Assembly: GCA_903939735.1 (NCBI GenBank)
Contig: CAJAIA010000001.1
Coordinates: 39,169-103,168 of the forward strand
DNA: 64,000 bases
From: an uncultured Ignavibacteria bacterium
GTDB lineage: Bacteria; Bacteroidota; Ignavibacteria; Kapaibacteriales; Kapaibacteriaceae
Direction: 5' to 3'
Below the pieces are notes generated by a model, which was not told the DNA's origin, ran no database searches, and saw nothing but the letters and a program-made list of their open reading frames with translations. Of the stretch, positions 37,377-48,311 are shown in pieces; within the stretch, counting starts at the first letter, position 1, and each line of letters starts with the position of its first letter. The position numbers were made by a program, and so were the translations under genes.

Positions 37377-38492
37377 ATGAGCGACGTTTCACTCCATGTA
37401 ATTCTTGCCTGCGCAAGCGGCATTTATGCCCTGCGCCTGGTGTTCTTTCTCGTCGGTCAAGCACGTTCAGGTGGAGTCCGATCATCCGTTGGACCGAAGC
37501 CTACGGTGAGCGTAGTGATACCGGCCCGAAACGAAGAGGCAACAATCTCGCGCTGCATTGCATCTGTGCTGGCAGCTATCGACGGAGTACAGGCTGCCGA
37601 GATCATCATTGTGAACGACCGAAGCACCGATGCTACTGGTGCTGTCATCGATTCGCTCGCAGCCGCAGATAATCGAATTCGCCCCCTTCATCGCAAAGAG
37701 GTATCGGTGGATCGAAATCTCCAGGGAAAGCCTGGAGCATTGCAATACGGCATCGATCATACCTCAAGCGAGATCATTCTCCTTACCGATGCAGACTGCA
37801 CCGTAGACGCTGAGTGGGTCGATGCAATGTCTGCTCCGTTTGCAGATCCGTCGATCGGAATGGTCTGTGGCTTCACCACGATCCGTCGAGGTGGAGCATT
37901 TGCGACAATTCAAGACGTTGAGTGGCTCTACACGCATACGATGGCGAGAGCTGGCTTGAACAATGGGACGCCGTTGGGATGCTTCGGCAATAACATGGCC
38001 CTGCGTCGCAGCGCGATGATGGAGATCGGTGGCTATCGCTCGATTCCGTTTAGTCTCACAGAGGATCTCGCGCTGTTACAAGCCATGGCTGCCGCTGGTT
38101 ATGGCATTCGCTATCTCTGTGATCCCCATGCTACAGTTGAAACTCTTCCATGCACGACGTTTGCTGAGTATGTCAAGCAGAAACATCGTTGGGTTCGCGG
38201 CGGCATTGCACTCGGTTGGAAGGCTGTCGCATTTGTCGTGAGCAGTGCCAGCGTGTGGCTCGGAATCGTTCTGGCTATCGCCACGTCGGCCTGGATCTGG
38301 GTTGCTGTCCTTGCAGCCCTGCGTATCGTCGGAGATGGTGTTCTGATCGCTATCTCTGCACTAACCCTTCGCAAGCGAGATATTCTCCCGGCAATCGGAC
38401 CATCACTGCTGGTATTGCTTGGTCTGGAACTTATCCTGCCATTCCTTACGCTTCGTCGTGATGTGGTTTGGAAGGGGCAGACATTCCGTTAG
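37377..38492 (+). CDS. Family 2 glycosyltransferase, membrane-embedded (processive GT2-like)
   Basis: VSVVIPARNEE, IIIVNDRSTD, TDADC (DxD) and QxxRW-like (QKHRWVRGG) motifs, with flanking TM helices. Confidence 0.8.
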   Translation: MSDVSLHVILACASGIYALRLVFFLVGQARSGGVRSSVGPKPTVSVVIPARNEEATISRCIASVLAAIDGVQAAEIIIVNDRSTDATGAVIDSLAAADNRIRPLHRKEVSVDRNLQGKPGALQYGIDHTSSEIILLTDADCTVDAEWVDAMSAPFADPSIGMVCGFTTIRRGGAFATIQDVEWLYTHTMARAGLNNGTPLGCFGNNMALRRSAMMEIGGYRSIPFSLTEDLALLQAMAAAGYGIRYLCDPHATVETLPCTTFAEYVKQKHRWVRGGIALGWKAVAFVVSSASVWLGIVLAIATSAWIWVAVLAALRIVGDGVLIAISALTLRKRDILPAIGPSLLVLLGLELILPFLTLRRDVVWKGQTFR

Positions 38493-41128
38493 GCGCGCGT
38501 GACTTCCTCGACAAGATGCAGGAGTGAGACGTACTGAATGCCCATGCTCTTGCGAAGAGCACCTTCACACAAGGCATTGGCTGATACGCCTAATCGGACA
38601 GTTGGTGGTAGGTGTTGCTTTGCGGCAGATGTTGCTTGGCGGACAATACCCGGATGCAGTATTCCCCTGTCGCCTCCCATGCCACAACAACCTGAATCTG
38701 ACGGCAGGTAGGTCGAGATCGCACATTGTTCTGCGATCCGCACAAAGGTATCTGTAGTGCCAAGCTTTGCGCTTCCACATCCTGGATGCAGAGCTACAGA
38801 GGTCCTACGATTCTTGATTGGTGTTCGCTCAAGAACGAGCTCCGCATACGCGGTTTGATCAAGCACACGAATACCTCGCTGACGACATGCATCCACAACG
38901 GCAGCTGCGCATGTTGATGCATCAAACAGCACCGGCATGTCGCGCTTACGAACGATTGCTTCAATGCGCTCAAGAAGTTCTTCCTGTGCCGATGATGCCG
39001 CAACTGCGAGCCCCTTTGAGGCAAATGGCTGACCACAACAACTGGTCCCTGTGATGACCTGGATACGCAGTCCCGCACGCTCAGAAAGCGTCAGCACCAC
39101 ATCACCAAGGGCCTCACGGTCGGGCCGACCACCGAACCAGCGACTTGGACAGGTCTGCACGTAGAGAACATGCGGTTCACTTTGCCGTGTCCGTGCCACC
39201 GCATGGTACGAACCATAGCTTCGCCAGATACTTGTTACTGCTCGCATACCAAGATGCACGACGGACATATGGCGAGCCAGGACTGCTGCCATGCGTTGGA
39301 GCACAGACGGTGTTGCCTTGGAACGCATACGCTTGATCATATCGCCGGTGTCGATACCTACCGGGCACACGGTAGCACACATGCTGTCGGTAGCGCAACT
39401 CGCCACGCCATCGTAGGCAAACGATCGTTCGATCTCACGACGAATGTCTGGTTGATCAGCATGCATTAACAGCTCGCGCTGCAGAACAATCCGCTGGCGT
39501 GGCGTAAGGGTATGTGCGCGTGTTGGACACACATGCTCACAGAATCCGCATTCAATACAGAGATCTTCGTTCGGACGAACATTCGGATCCATTGGATCGC
39601 GCAGCTCGGGCACGGGCTTGATATCCTGAAGATGAACCGCAGGATCATCATTCAGGACAACACCGGGATTCAGAATCCCCTTCGGATCCAGCAGTTGCTT
39701 CACCGACCGCATCACGGCTACTGCGGCGCTTCCCCATTCCTGCTCAACAAAGGGCGCCATGTTCCGTCCAGTTCCATGCTCTGCCTTGAGCGAGCCCTGG
39801 TAGCGGTCAACAACGATTTCTGCGATACGACGCATGAAGCGATCGTAGCGCTGCGTCTCGGCATCCGATGTAAATGCTTGATGCACGACAAAGTGAATAT
39901 TGCCATCCTTGGCATGACCGAAGATGACGGCGTCGTGGTAATCGAATTCGCGGAATGACGCTTGCACATCCTTGATAAGCGATGCAAGTGACGACGGAGG
40001 AACAGCAATATCCTCGTTAATCATGGTGGTACCGGCGGGCCGCATCGAACCAACGGTAGGCATCAGCCCCTTACGGACCTTCCACAGGATTGCTTGCTCC
40101 GACGGCGCTGTTGCCCACTTCACGCCCGCAACGGACGGAGGTACGATGTCGTGAAACTCCACAAGTAGTGCTGCACTGCCATCAGGGACAGTGCGCAGAT
40201 TGACTGGTGTATTCGGAAGATGCGCGACAGATCGCAACGAGGCATCGTCCATGATCTCGATCGCAGCTGCGCCGTGATCACGCCAAACCTCTACTGCTTC
40301 TGCTGCTTGATCAAGTGTTGCATACGTGATGATCGATGTCCAGATGGAGCGTGCAGTTGGAATCGTTCGCAGCGTCACAGTTTCAATGAATCCGAGTGTG
40401 CCTTCGCTCCCGATGAGCAATCGCGCTATGATGCGCGACGGCTGATCTTCATCGAGGAAGGCATTTAGCGAATACCCCATCGTATTCTTGATGGCGTACT
40501 TCCGTTGAATTGTCGCGACCAGCTCAGCATTGGCTCGCACGTTGTCCCGTAGTTCGGCAATGCCGCGGTAGACCGCAGGAGCAGCTGTTGCGAGAACCTG
40601 ATCTGCACGTTGGTCGGCAGTATTGATGCGGAGGCCACTGGCTAATTGGTACTCCATTGCATCAAGCGTGTTGTAGGAGTTCTGCTTCGTTCCGCAGCAC
40701 ATGCCAGATGCATTATTGGCAACTATGCCACCAATCATTGCTGCAATGATCGACGCAGGATCGGGTCCGAGCTTTGTACCGTACGGACGCAGCATAGCGT
40801 TCACACGTGCGCCAGTGATGCCAGGTTGCATCCGAACACGAGCGCCATTATCGAGCACCTCACAGCGCGTCCAATCACGTGATAGGTCTGCTAGGACCTT
40901 ATGCGAGAGCGCCTGCCCAGACAGACTTGTGCCACCTGCACGGAACGTAACGGCCGACGCATTCTTGGTGCACCATCGGAAAAGCGATGTGACATGCTCC
41001 GGTGTTGCAGGCCGCACAACTACCTGCGGCACAATCCGATACAGCGATGCATCATGCGCAAACGCAAGGCGATCTACATACGATGTGCGAACGCGATCCG
41101 CACCCAATAGTCGCTGCAGCTCTTCCAC
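38489..41128 (-). CDS. FAD-linked oxidase fused to Fe-S/CCG-domain oxidoreductase (GlcD-GlcF-like; YdiJ-type putative D-2-hydroxyacid dehydrogenase)
   Basis: 879 aa. N-terminal PCMH FAD-binding domain. 4Fe-4S motifs (CIECGFCEHVCP, CATDSMCATVCP). Two Cys-rich CCG domains at the C-terminus. Confidence 0.8.
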   Translation of the reverse strand: MEELQRLLGADRVRTSYVDRLAFAHDASLYRIVPQVVVRPATPEHVTSLFRWCTKNASAVTFRAGGTSLSGQALSHKVLADLSRDWTRCEVLDNGARVRMQPGITGARVNAMLRPYGTKLGPDPASIIAAMIGGIVANNASGMCCGTKQNSYNTLDAMEYQLASGLRINTADQRADQVLATAAPAVYRGIAELRDNVRANAELVATIQRKYAIKNTMGYSLNAFLDEDQPSRIIARLLIGSEGTLGFIETVTLRTIPTARSIWTSIITYATLDQAAEAVEVWRDHGAAAIEIMDDASLRSVAHLPNTPVNLRTVPDGSAALLVEFHDIVPPSVAGVKWATAPSEQAILWKVRKGLMPTVGSMRPAGTTMINEDIAVPPSSLASLIKDVQASFREFDYHDAVIFGHAKDGNIHFVVHQAFTSDAETQRYDRFMRRIAEIVVDRYQGSLKAEHGTGRNMAPFVEQEWGSAAVAVMRSVKQLLDPKGILNPGVVLNDDPAVHLQDIKPVPELRDPMDPNVRPNEDLCIECGFCEHVCPTRAHTLTPRQRIVLQRELLMHADQPDIRREIERSFAYDGVASCATDSMCATVCPVGIDTGDMIKRMRSKATPSVLQRMAAVLARHMSVVHLGMRAVTSIWRSYGSYHAVARTRQSEPHVLYVQTCPSRWFGGRPDREALGDVVLTLSERAGLRIQVITGTSCCGQPFASKGLAVAASSAQEELLERIEAIVRKRDMPVLFDASTCAAAVVDACRQRGIRVLDQTAYAELVLERTPIKNRRTSVALHPGCGSAKLGTTDTFVRIAEQCAISTYLPSDSGCCGMGGDRGILHPGIVRQATSAAKQHLPPTVRLGVSANALCEGALRKSMGIQYVSLLHLVEEVTRA

Positions 41129-41129
41129 C

Positions 41130-42806
41130 TTACACCTGGAATACGCCGTTCTTCATTTCAGGGAGGACACCCTGATGCGAGGCCACTGCAATACCTCGCG
41201 AGATCACCTCACGTGTCTGCGTCGGATCGATAATACCATCAACCCACAGACGTGACGCAGCATACAACGGTGTTGTTGTTGCATCATACTTCGCTTGAAT
41301 CTCATTGAGCATCGCTTGCTGTTGTTCTGGTGTGAGTTTCTCACCCGACTTCTCAAGTGATGCTACGCGTATGCTCAGGAGTGTCTTGGCAGCTTGCGAT
41401 CCACCCATCACGGCGATCTGTGCTGTTGGCCATGCATAGATGAAGCGCGGATCATAGGCCTTACCACACATGGCATAATTGCCGGCACCATAGGAGTTAC
41501 CCATAACGATCGTGAACTTTGGCACGACGCTATTTGCAACGGCATTGACAAGCTTTGCACCATCCTTGATAATGCCACCTTGCTCTGCACGAGTTCCAAC
41601 CATGAAGCCCGTAACATCCTGGAGGAACACCAGCGGAATACCACGCTGGTTGCAGTTCAGAATGAAACGTGCAGCCTTGTCAGCAGAATCGGAATAGATC
41701 ACTCCGCCAACCTGCATCTCGCCCTTGCCGGATCGCGTGATTTCGCGGTTGTTTGCTACGATACCAACGGCCCAACCATCGATGCGCGCATATCCGCAGA
41801 GAATGGTCTGACCAAAGCCAGCCTTGTATTCATCGAATTGCGAACCATCAACCAGACGCGCAATGATCTGTCGTGTGCTGTACGGTTTTGCCCGATCGGC
41901 AGGCATGATGCCGAGGATCTCGTCTGTATCATAGAGCGGTGCAACGGGATCAACTCGGGAGAACAACGCCGACTTGCCTTTTGATGGGGCGAACTTATCA
42001 ACCAGTGATCGAATCGTTGCCAGTGCCTCTTCGTCAGACTCAACCTTGTAGTCGATCACGCCGCTCACAGTGCTATGCATTGTTGCGCCACCGAGTGGTT
42101 CAATGTCGGTCTTCTCGCCGATTGCTGCCTCGACAAGGGCCGGACCAGCAAGAAACACGCTACCCGTTCCATTGACGATCAGCGCTTCATCGCTCATGAT
42201 CGGCAGGTATGCACCACCGGCTACGCAGGGTCCCATGATGGCCGCGATTTGTGGCACTCCCATCGCACTCAACACAGCATTATTGCGGAACTGACGTCCG
42301 AAATGTTCCTTGTCTGGAAAGATCTCGTCCTGCAACGGGAGAAACACCCCGGCGGAATCAACGAGGTAGATGATTGGGAGATGATTATCGATCGCAATTT
42401 CTTGCGCACGCATGTTCTTCTTTGCCGTCATCGGGAACCACGCACCGGCCTTCACCGTAGCATCATTGGCCACGATCATGCATTCACGACCGTGAATGAT
42501 GCCTACACCTGCAACAACACCAGCAGATGGGCAACCGCCTTCTGCCTGGTACATGTCAAATGCAGTGAACAGACCTACTTCAAGAAACGACGAGCCTGGA
42601 TCAACAAGCGCATCAATTCGCTCGCGAGCAGTGAGTTTCCCCTTTGCTTTGTGGCGTTCGATCGCTTTGACGCCGCCACCAAGCATCACAGTGCTTGCCT
42701 TCGCCTGAACTACGCGCGAAAGGTTCTTATTGGCATCGGCATTCGACTCAAAGACAAGGTCGTGCTCGATCGGTGATCCAATGAGGTTGCTCATAGAGTG
42801 TGTCAC
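41130..42806 (-). CDS. Acyl-CoA carboxylase carboxyltransferase subunit (propionyl-CoA carboxylase beta / methylmalonyl-CoA decarboxylase alpha type)
   Basis: 558 aa. Two crotonase-like CT domains; overall PccB/MmdA-like. Confidence 0.9.
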   Translation of the reverse strand: MTHSMSNLIGSPIEHDLVFESNADANKNLSRVVQAKASTVMLGGGVKAIERHKAKGKLTARERIDALVDPGSSFLEVGLFTAFDMYQAEGGCPSAGVVAGVGIIHGRECMIVANDATVKAGAWFPMTAKKNMRAQEIAIDNHLPIIYLVDSAGVFLPLQDEIFPDKEHFGRQFRNNAVLSAMGVPQIAAIMGPCVAGGAYLPIMSDEALIVNGTGSVFLAGPALVEAAIGEKTDIEPLGGATMHSTVSGVIDYKVESDEEALATIRSLVDKFAPSKGKSALFSRVDPVAPLYDTDEILGIMPADRAKPYSTRQIIARLVDGSQFDEYKAGFGQTILCGYARIDGWAVGIVANNREITRSGKGEMQVGGVIYSDSADKAARFILNCNQRGIPLVFLQDVTGFMVGTRAEQGGIIKDGAKLVNAVANSVVPKFTIVMGNSYGAGNYAMCGKAYDPRFIYAWPTAQIAVMGGSQAAKTLLSIRVASLEKSGEKLTPEQQQAMLNEIQAKYDATTTPLYAASRLWVDGIIDPTQTREVISRGIAVASHQGVLPEMKNGVFQV

Positions 42807-42815
42807 GAAGGATGG

Positions 42816-42852
42816 TTCTGAAACAACAAAGGCGCCCCAATGGAACGCCTTC
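42816..42852 (-). terminator. Candidate intrinsic terminator downstream of secG
   Basis: On the minus strand: GAAGGCG-ttccattgggg-CGCCTTT followed by a U-rich tract (gttgtttc). Confidence 0.35.
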
Positions 42853-42873
42853 GATCACTGCTGTTGGGATGAC

Positions 42874-43233
42874 TTACTTCGGCTGTGCGGCTGGCTGTGC
42901 TTGTTGCGCTGGTTGCGCTACAGGCTGCTGCGCAGCAGGAAGCGACGTCTGTGGAATCTCCGCACCCTGCGTTACTGGCACCGGGCCGCCACCATTATTG
43001 GACGCAAGAAAGAACTTGTTCACGACGACCGCGATAAGGACAAGTCCGCCGAGAAGGACCATGGTTGCGTTCTGCAGAATGTTCCGCGACTGACGCACGC
43101 CAAGCAGGTTTGTCATCTGGCCACCGAACCCACCCATTCCGGAGATCATGTCGGCCTTACCAGGCTGAACCATCACGACGAGGATGAGGAGAATTGCGGC
43201 GATCAGTGCGATCGAGATGAGGAGGATTTCCAT
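42874..43233 (-). CDS. secG: Preprotein translocase subunit SecG
   Basis: MEILLISIALIAAILLILVVMVQPGKADMISGMGGFGG is the SecG signature. Low-complexity P/A/Q C-terminal tail. Confidence 0.85.
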   Translation of the reverse strand: MEILLISIALIAAILLILVVMVQPGKADMISGMGGFGGQMTNLLGVRQSRNILQNATMVLLGGLVLIAVVVNKFFLASNNGGGPVPVTQGAEIPQTSLPAAQQPVAQPAQQAQPAAQPK

Positions 43234-43283
43234 ACGGGTGCTGAGATGTAAAGAATAGCGACAAATATACGCCGTTTCTTGCG

Positions 43284-44390
43284 TTATGGGCAACGATATC
43301 CCACGCAAAGGGGCTTGCGGAACGAGAATCCATGCTCCCCGAACCATACCAGGAAGGTATCATAGCGCTGTTCGTTCTTGCGGAAGAATCGATTCATCTC
43401 GACTTTATCACCGTAGGCATAGAGCCACCAGAGATAATCCTTGAGTTTTCCCTCTCGCTGAAGCTCGATGTTCCAACGCAAAACGTCGTTCGGATGCGTT
43501 GTGTCAAGGCCGGCCTTGGCCCATGCCCGCGTGAAGGCATATCGCAGGTCAATCATCTGCTCAATGGACAGACGGCGTGTCAAGGTGTCCTTGGGCGTGA
43601 CAACACTGGCTGCGAGCGCCATGGTGTACTCAAATGCCACCGGGAACGACATCACGTTGGGACCCCGTCGATCAGGCTGCTCAAGCACATTGTCCGAGCA
43701 GAAATTGATGGGATCGTTTGGATCCCCAACCTTCAGGGCTTTGTTCCACATCTCAAAGCAGAGTTGGGACATCTCGGCTGTGCGCTGGGTGTTACGCTCG
43801 AGATTGAGGAACAGCTCGGCGTACATGATGCCCCAGAGTAGATCCTTGGTTTGGGAAAACGACTTGGCCAACCAGTAGTAGTTTTTCGCGTAAGCTGGGT
43901 CGGCCTGCGTACCCTTACCCCACCATTGATGAGCGGTTGTGCGATCAAGGGCGACATAGTACTGCTGTCCCATTTCGAAATGGAGTCGCCCAGATGTTGG
44001 GTACGCCTGAAGACCTTCGCGATAGATCCGACGTGAGGACGCGGTGTCCTGACGTTCATCATAGCACGCACCTAACAGCTGATATCCTCGATCCTTGAGA
44101 CTGGTGTCGGTGTAGATCGGACTCAGGATTGTAATTGCCTCGTCAAACCGCTTTGCCATGGAGAGACACACAGCCTTCTCATACATGTAGGGCCGATAGT
44201 TTGGCATAAGCGCAAGTGCTCGATCCCACGCCTGGATGGCGCTCTCGGGGAGATTCCTGTCCATGAAATCAAGAGCCTTGCCGGCTTCATCGTCTGCCTT
44301 CTGGGGATCTACCTGCGCATGTACAGTCACCAGACTCACACACAGGGTCAGAAGGAGCACAATCAACGATCTTTGCATGGTACGCGTCAC
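43284..44390 (-). CDS. Hypothetical secreted protein (helical-repeat rich)
   Basis: 368 aa. Signal peptide SLIVLLLTLCVSLVTVHAQ. No catalytic motif recognised. Confidence 0.5.
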   Translation of the reverse strand: MTRTMQRSLIVLLLTLCVSLVTVHAQVDPQKADDEAGKALDFMDRNLPESAIQAWDRALALMPNYRPYMYEKAVCLSMAKRFDEAITILSPIYTDTSLKDRGYQLLGACYDERQDTASSRRIYREGLQAYPTSGRLHFEMGQQYYVALDRTTAHQWWGKGTQADPAYAKNYYWLAKSFSQTKDLLWGIMYAELFLNLERNTQRTAEMSQLCFEMWNKALKVGDPNDPINFCSDNVLEQPDRRGPNVMSFPVAFEYTMALAASVVTPKDTLTRRLSIEQMIDLRYAFTRAWAKAGLDTTHPNDVLRWNIELQREGKLKDYLWWLYAYGDKVEMNRFFRKNEQRYDTFLVWFGEHGFSFRKPLCVGYRCP

Positions 44391-44408
44391 TCTACGTCCC
44401 TCAAGTAC

Positions 44409-45323
44409 ATGTCACAACGTCGCAAGATACTGCCAATGCTCGTGTTGCTCATGATGCTGTGCACCATCGGTGCTCAGACCGCTGAAGACCAAAGTTTGTT
44501 GTGGAAGGTGTCGCATCCGCGATCGTCGCACACGAGCTACATCTTCGGGACAATTCACCTGCAGGACTCGACGGTGTTTCGCCAGCGCGATACCGTGCTG
44601 ACGCTCCTGGACGCATGTACGACGTTTGCAGCGGAGATACACCTTGATTCGGCCCAGAAGATCATGATGAACCCTGCTGTCATCATGCGCTCGTCTGGTT
44701 CACTGTACGACGACCTCGACACGCCAACCGTTCGACGCCTGATGACGCTCGTAGACAAACGAATGCCAGGACTATCAGCGCTGATCCCCCGTTTGAAGCC
44801 AGGCGCGCTCACGGCACTGCTCGCAATGGGTCAGCACGAAGCAACTGCCCCCGAGGCAATGGACGTGTTTCTCTGGAACCTGGCAAAACGCAAACACCGA
44901 AACACGGTTGGATTGGAATATGTGTCGGAACAGATCCAACTGCTCGACACGATGGGTGTCGATGGCTTGAAGCGTATTGCACGAGATACAGCAAACGAAG
45001 ACGCAGACGACCTTCAGCGGATGATCGTCGCATATCGGAACGAGAATCTTGACGACCTCACCGCAATGGCGAGCGATACGGCAGTGATGGCGGGCAATGA
45101 ACGTGAATCACTGAACGACGATCGAAATCATCGACTTGTCGACCGCATGATTCCGATACTCGAGCGTGGTCGGACGTTTGTGGCCGTTGGCGCATTGCAT
45201 CTGACCGGAAGCGAGAGCGTAATCGCATTGCTACGACAGCGTGGATGGACCGTAACTCCGGTCATCGGAGGTCAGCGCAGTCAGTGGCTCACACCGGCAT
45301 ACTTGCGAGGATCTCGGTATTGA
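44409..45323 (+). CDS. TraB/GumN family protein
   Basis: Signal peptide, then LLWKVSHPRSSHTSYIFGTIHLQD (TraB/GumN N-terminal motif) and C-terminal VAVGALHLTG. Confidence 0.7.
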   Translation: MSQRRKILPMLVLLMMLCTIGAQTAEDQSLLWKVSHPRSSHTSYIFGTIHLQDSTVFRQRDTVLTLLDACTTFAAEIHLDSAQKIMMNPAVIMRSSGSLYDDLDTPTVRRLMTLVDKRMPGLSALIPRLKPGALTALLAMGQHEATAPEAMDVFLWNLAKRKHRNTVGLEYVSEQIQLLDTMGVDGLKRIARDTANEDADDLQRMIVAYRNENLDDLTAMASDTAVMAGNERESLNDDRNHRLVDRMIPILERGRTFVAVGALHLTGSESVIALLRQRGWTVTPVIGGQRSQWLTPAYLRGSRY

Positions 45324-45327
45324 CTTG

Positions 45328-46236
45328 TCAGCGTCTGTACCGTCGTGATGCTTCCATTGCAACAGCGTACAAGTTGCACTGTGCCTCGATAGTCTCCTCG
45401 ATGGGCGTGGCATAGCCACCACCGAGTGCGAGCATGACGGGAATGTCACGCGAGCGAAACGTCTCGAGCACATACGCATCGCGCTCGCGGAGTCCGTCGT
45501 GCGTCAATGAAAGTCTGCCCAGTGAATCAGCATGGAGTGGATCAACGCCGCATTGGTAGTAGACGATGTCGGGTTGGAAGGCCAATACTGGCTCAAGCTC
45601 TCGACGGACCACTCGCATGTACTCGTCGTCACCTGTTCCATCGGGCAGATCAACGTCAACCGTCGATGGCACACGTCGGAAGGGGTAGTTCTTCGCCCCA
45701 TGCACCGAGAGAATATAGACGTCGTCGCGTCCGCCAAGAATCTCGCTGTTACCATTGCCCTGATGAACATCAAGGTCCACAATCGCGACGCGCTTGACGT
45801 GTTCTTCTCGCATCAAACGTAGCGTAGCGATGGCAATGTCGTTGAACACGCAAAACCCCTCGCCGGCATCACGCATCGCATGATGCGTGCCCCCTGCCAG
45901 ATTCCCACTTAAGCCATCTTCAAGCGCAGCATAGGATGATGCGATACATCCACCCACGGTCGCGAGTGAACGCGCAACGAGCGCCTTGCTCCATGGGAAT
46001 CCAATGCGACGCTGTTCAAGGGGCGCAAGCGTACCATTGAGCACGCCATGCACATACCGCGACGTATGCGCGAGCATCACGTCCTCGAGTCCGGCAAGTT
46101 CAGGCGAAACCAACTGTGTCTCGTCGATGATCTTCCGACGCACGAGCTCTTCACGCAGCATCCGATACTTCCGCATCGGAAAGCGGTGTCCCTCAGGAAG
46201 GTCAATCGTGTAGTGGTCTGAGTAGAAGACCTTCAT
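45328..46236 (-). CDS. Histone deacetylase-family amidohydrolase (AcuC/HDAC-like)
   Basis: HHAMRDAGEGFCVFNDIAIA and IVDLDVHQGNG zinc-binding motifs. Confidence 0.8.
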   Translation of the reverse strand: MKVFYSDHYTIDLPEGHRFPMRKYRMLREELVRRKIIDETQLVSPELAGLEDVMLAHTSRYVHGVLNGTLAPLEQRRIGFPWSKALVARSLATVGGCIASSYAALEDGLSGNLAGGTHHAMRDAGEGFCVFNDIAIATLRLMREEHVKRVAIVDLDVHQGNGNSEILGGRDDVYILSVHGAKNYPFRRVPSTVDVDLPDGTGDDEYMRVVRRELEPVLAFQPDIVYYQCGVDPLHADSLGRLSLTHDGLRERDAYVLETFRSRDIPVMLALGGGYATPIEETIEAQCNLYAVAMEASRRYRR

Positions 46237-47273
46237 ACACGGTAAGATCGGATGCGCATACCGACGAACTTACGTCGTGTATGGACAAGCGACGTGCGAG
46301 CCGTTTGGCGCTGCAATCATCACGGGTGCATCCTGCGCACATGCTGGCTGTGCGATCGGACACCGTGTACGGAAACCACAACCTGATGGCTTGTTAAGCG
46401 GCGTTGGGATATCGCCCTGCAGAACAATGCGCTTCTTGTCGCGTCGTGTTGGATCCGGCTCTGGAACAGCCGAAAGCAGCGCACGCGAGTATGGGTGTAC
46501 AGGATCGAAATAGACGTCATCGGCTGAACCAATCTCGACCATGTTGCCGAGGTACATCACGGCAATACGCTGGGAGATGTGGTACACCACCGAAAGGTCG
46601 TGCGCGATGAACAGATACGACATGCCGAATTCCTTCTGCAGGTCTTCCATCAGATTAATCACCTGCGCTTGCACCGACACGTCGAGAGCAGACACCGGCT
46701 CGTCACAAATGATGACGTCTGGATTTGTCGCCAATGCACGCGCAATCCCGATACGCTGTCGCTGTCCACCAGAGAACTCATGCGGGAAACGCACAGCATA
46801 CTCAGGTTGGAGTCCGACACGCTCGAGAAGCCATTTCACTTTTTCGTCAACCTGCGCTGCAGTGAGCTCCGGCTGGTGAATCTCAAGGGGCTCAGCAATA
46901 ATCTGCTTCACCGACAGACGCGCATTCAACGAGGAATACGGATCCTGAAAGATCATCTGAATCTTCGAGCGGAACCGCACCATCTCACTGCGTGATAGCG
47001 CGAGAAGGTTTGTCTTGGTTCCGTTCGCATCAACGTAGTTTACTTCCCCTTCGACTTCAACACCCGGGGCAACGTGCGAGAGAATATTGATCAGCGCGCG
47101 GCCAACGGTGGTCTTGCCACAGCCCGACTCGCCCACCAAACCAAGCGTCTCACCGCGATTCACGGTGAATGAAACACCATCAACAGCACGAACGTCAGCG
47201 ACTTTACGCTGCAGAATGCCACCATGCACGGGAAAGCGCACGTGAAGATTCTTTACTTCAAGAACAACCGAAC

Positions 47274-48284
<1,011 letters not shown>

Positions 48285-48311
48285 CGTGTGGAACGAAGAA
48301 GAACGGAGTCG

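Noticed and set aside
42874-42990. Low-complexity CAG/GCC-type nucleotide repeats
   Set aside because: They encode the Pro/Ala/Gln-rich C-terminal tail of SecG. Not a CRISPR or tandem-repeat locus. No CRISPR-like repeat-spacer arrays were seen anywhere in the window.
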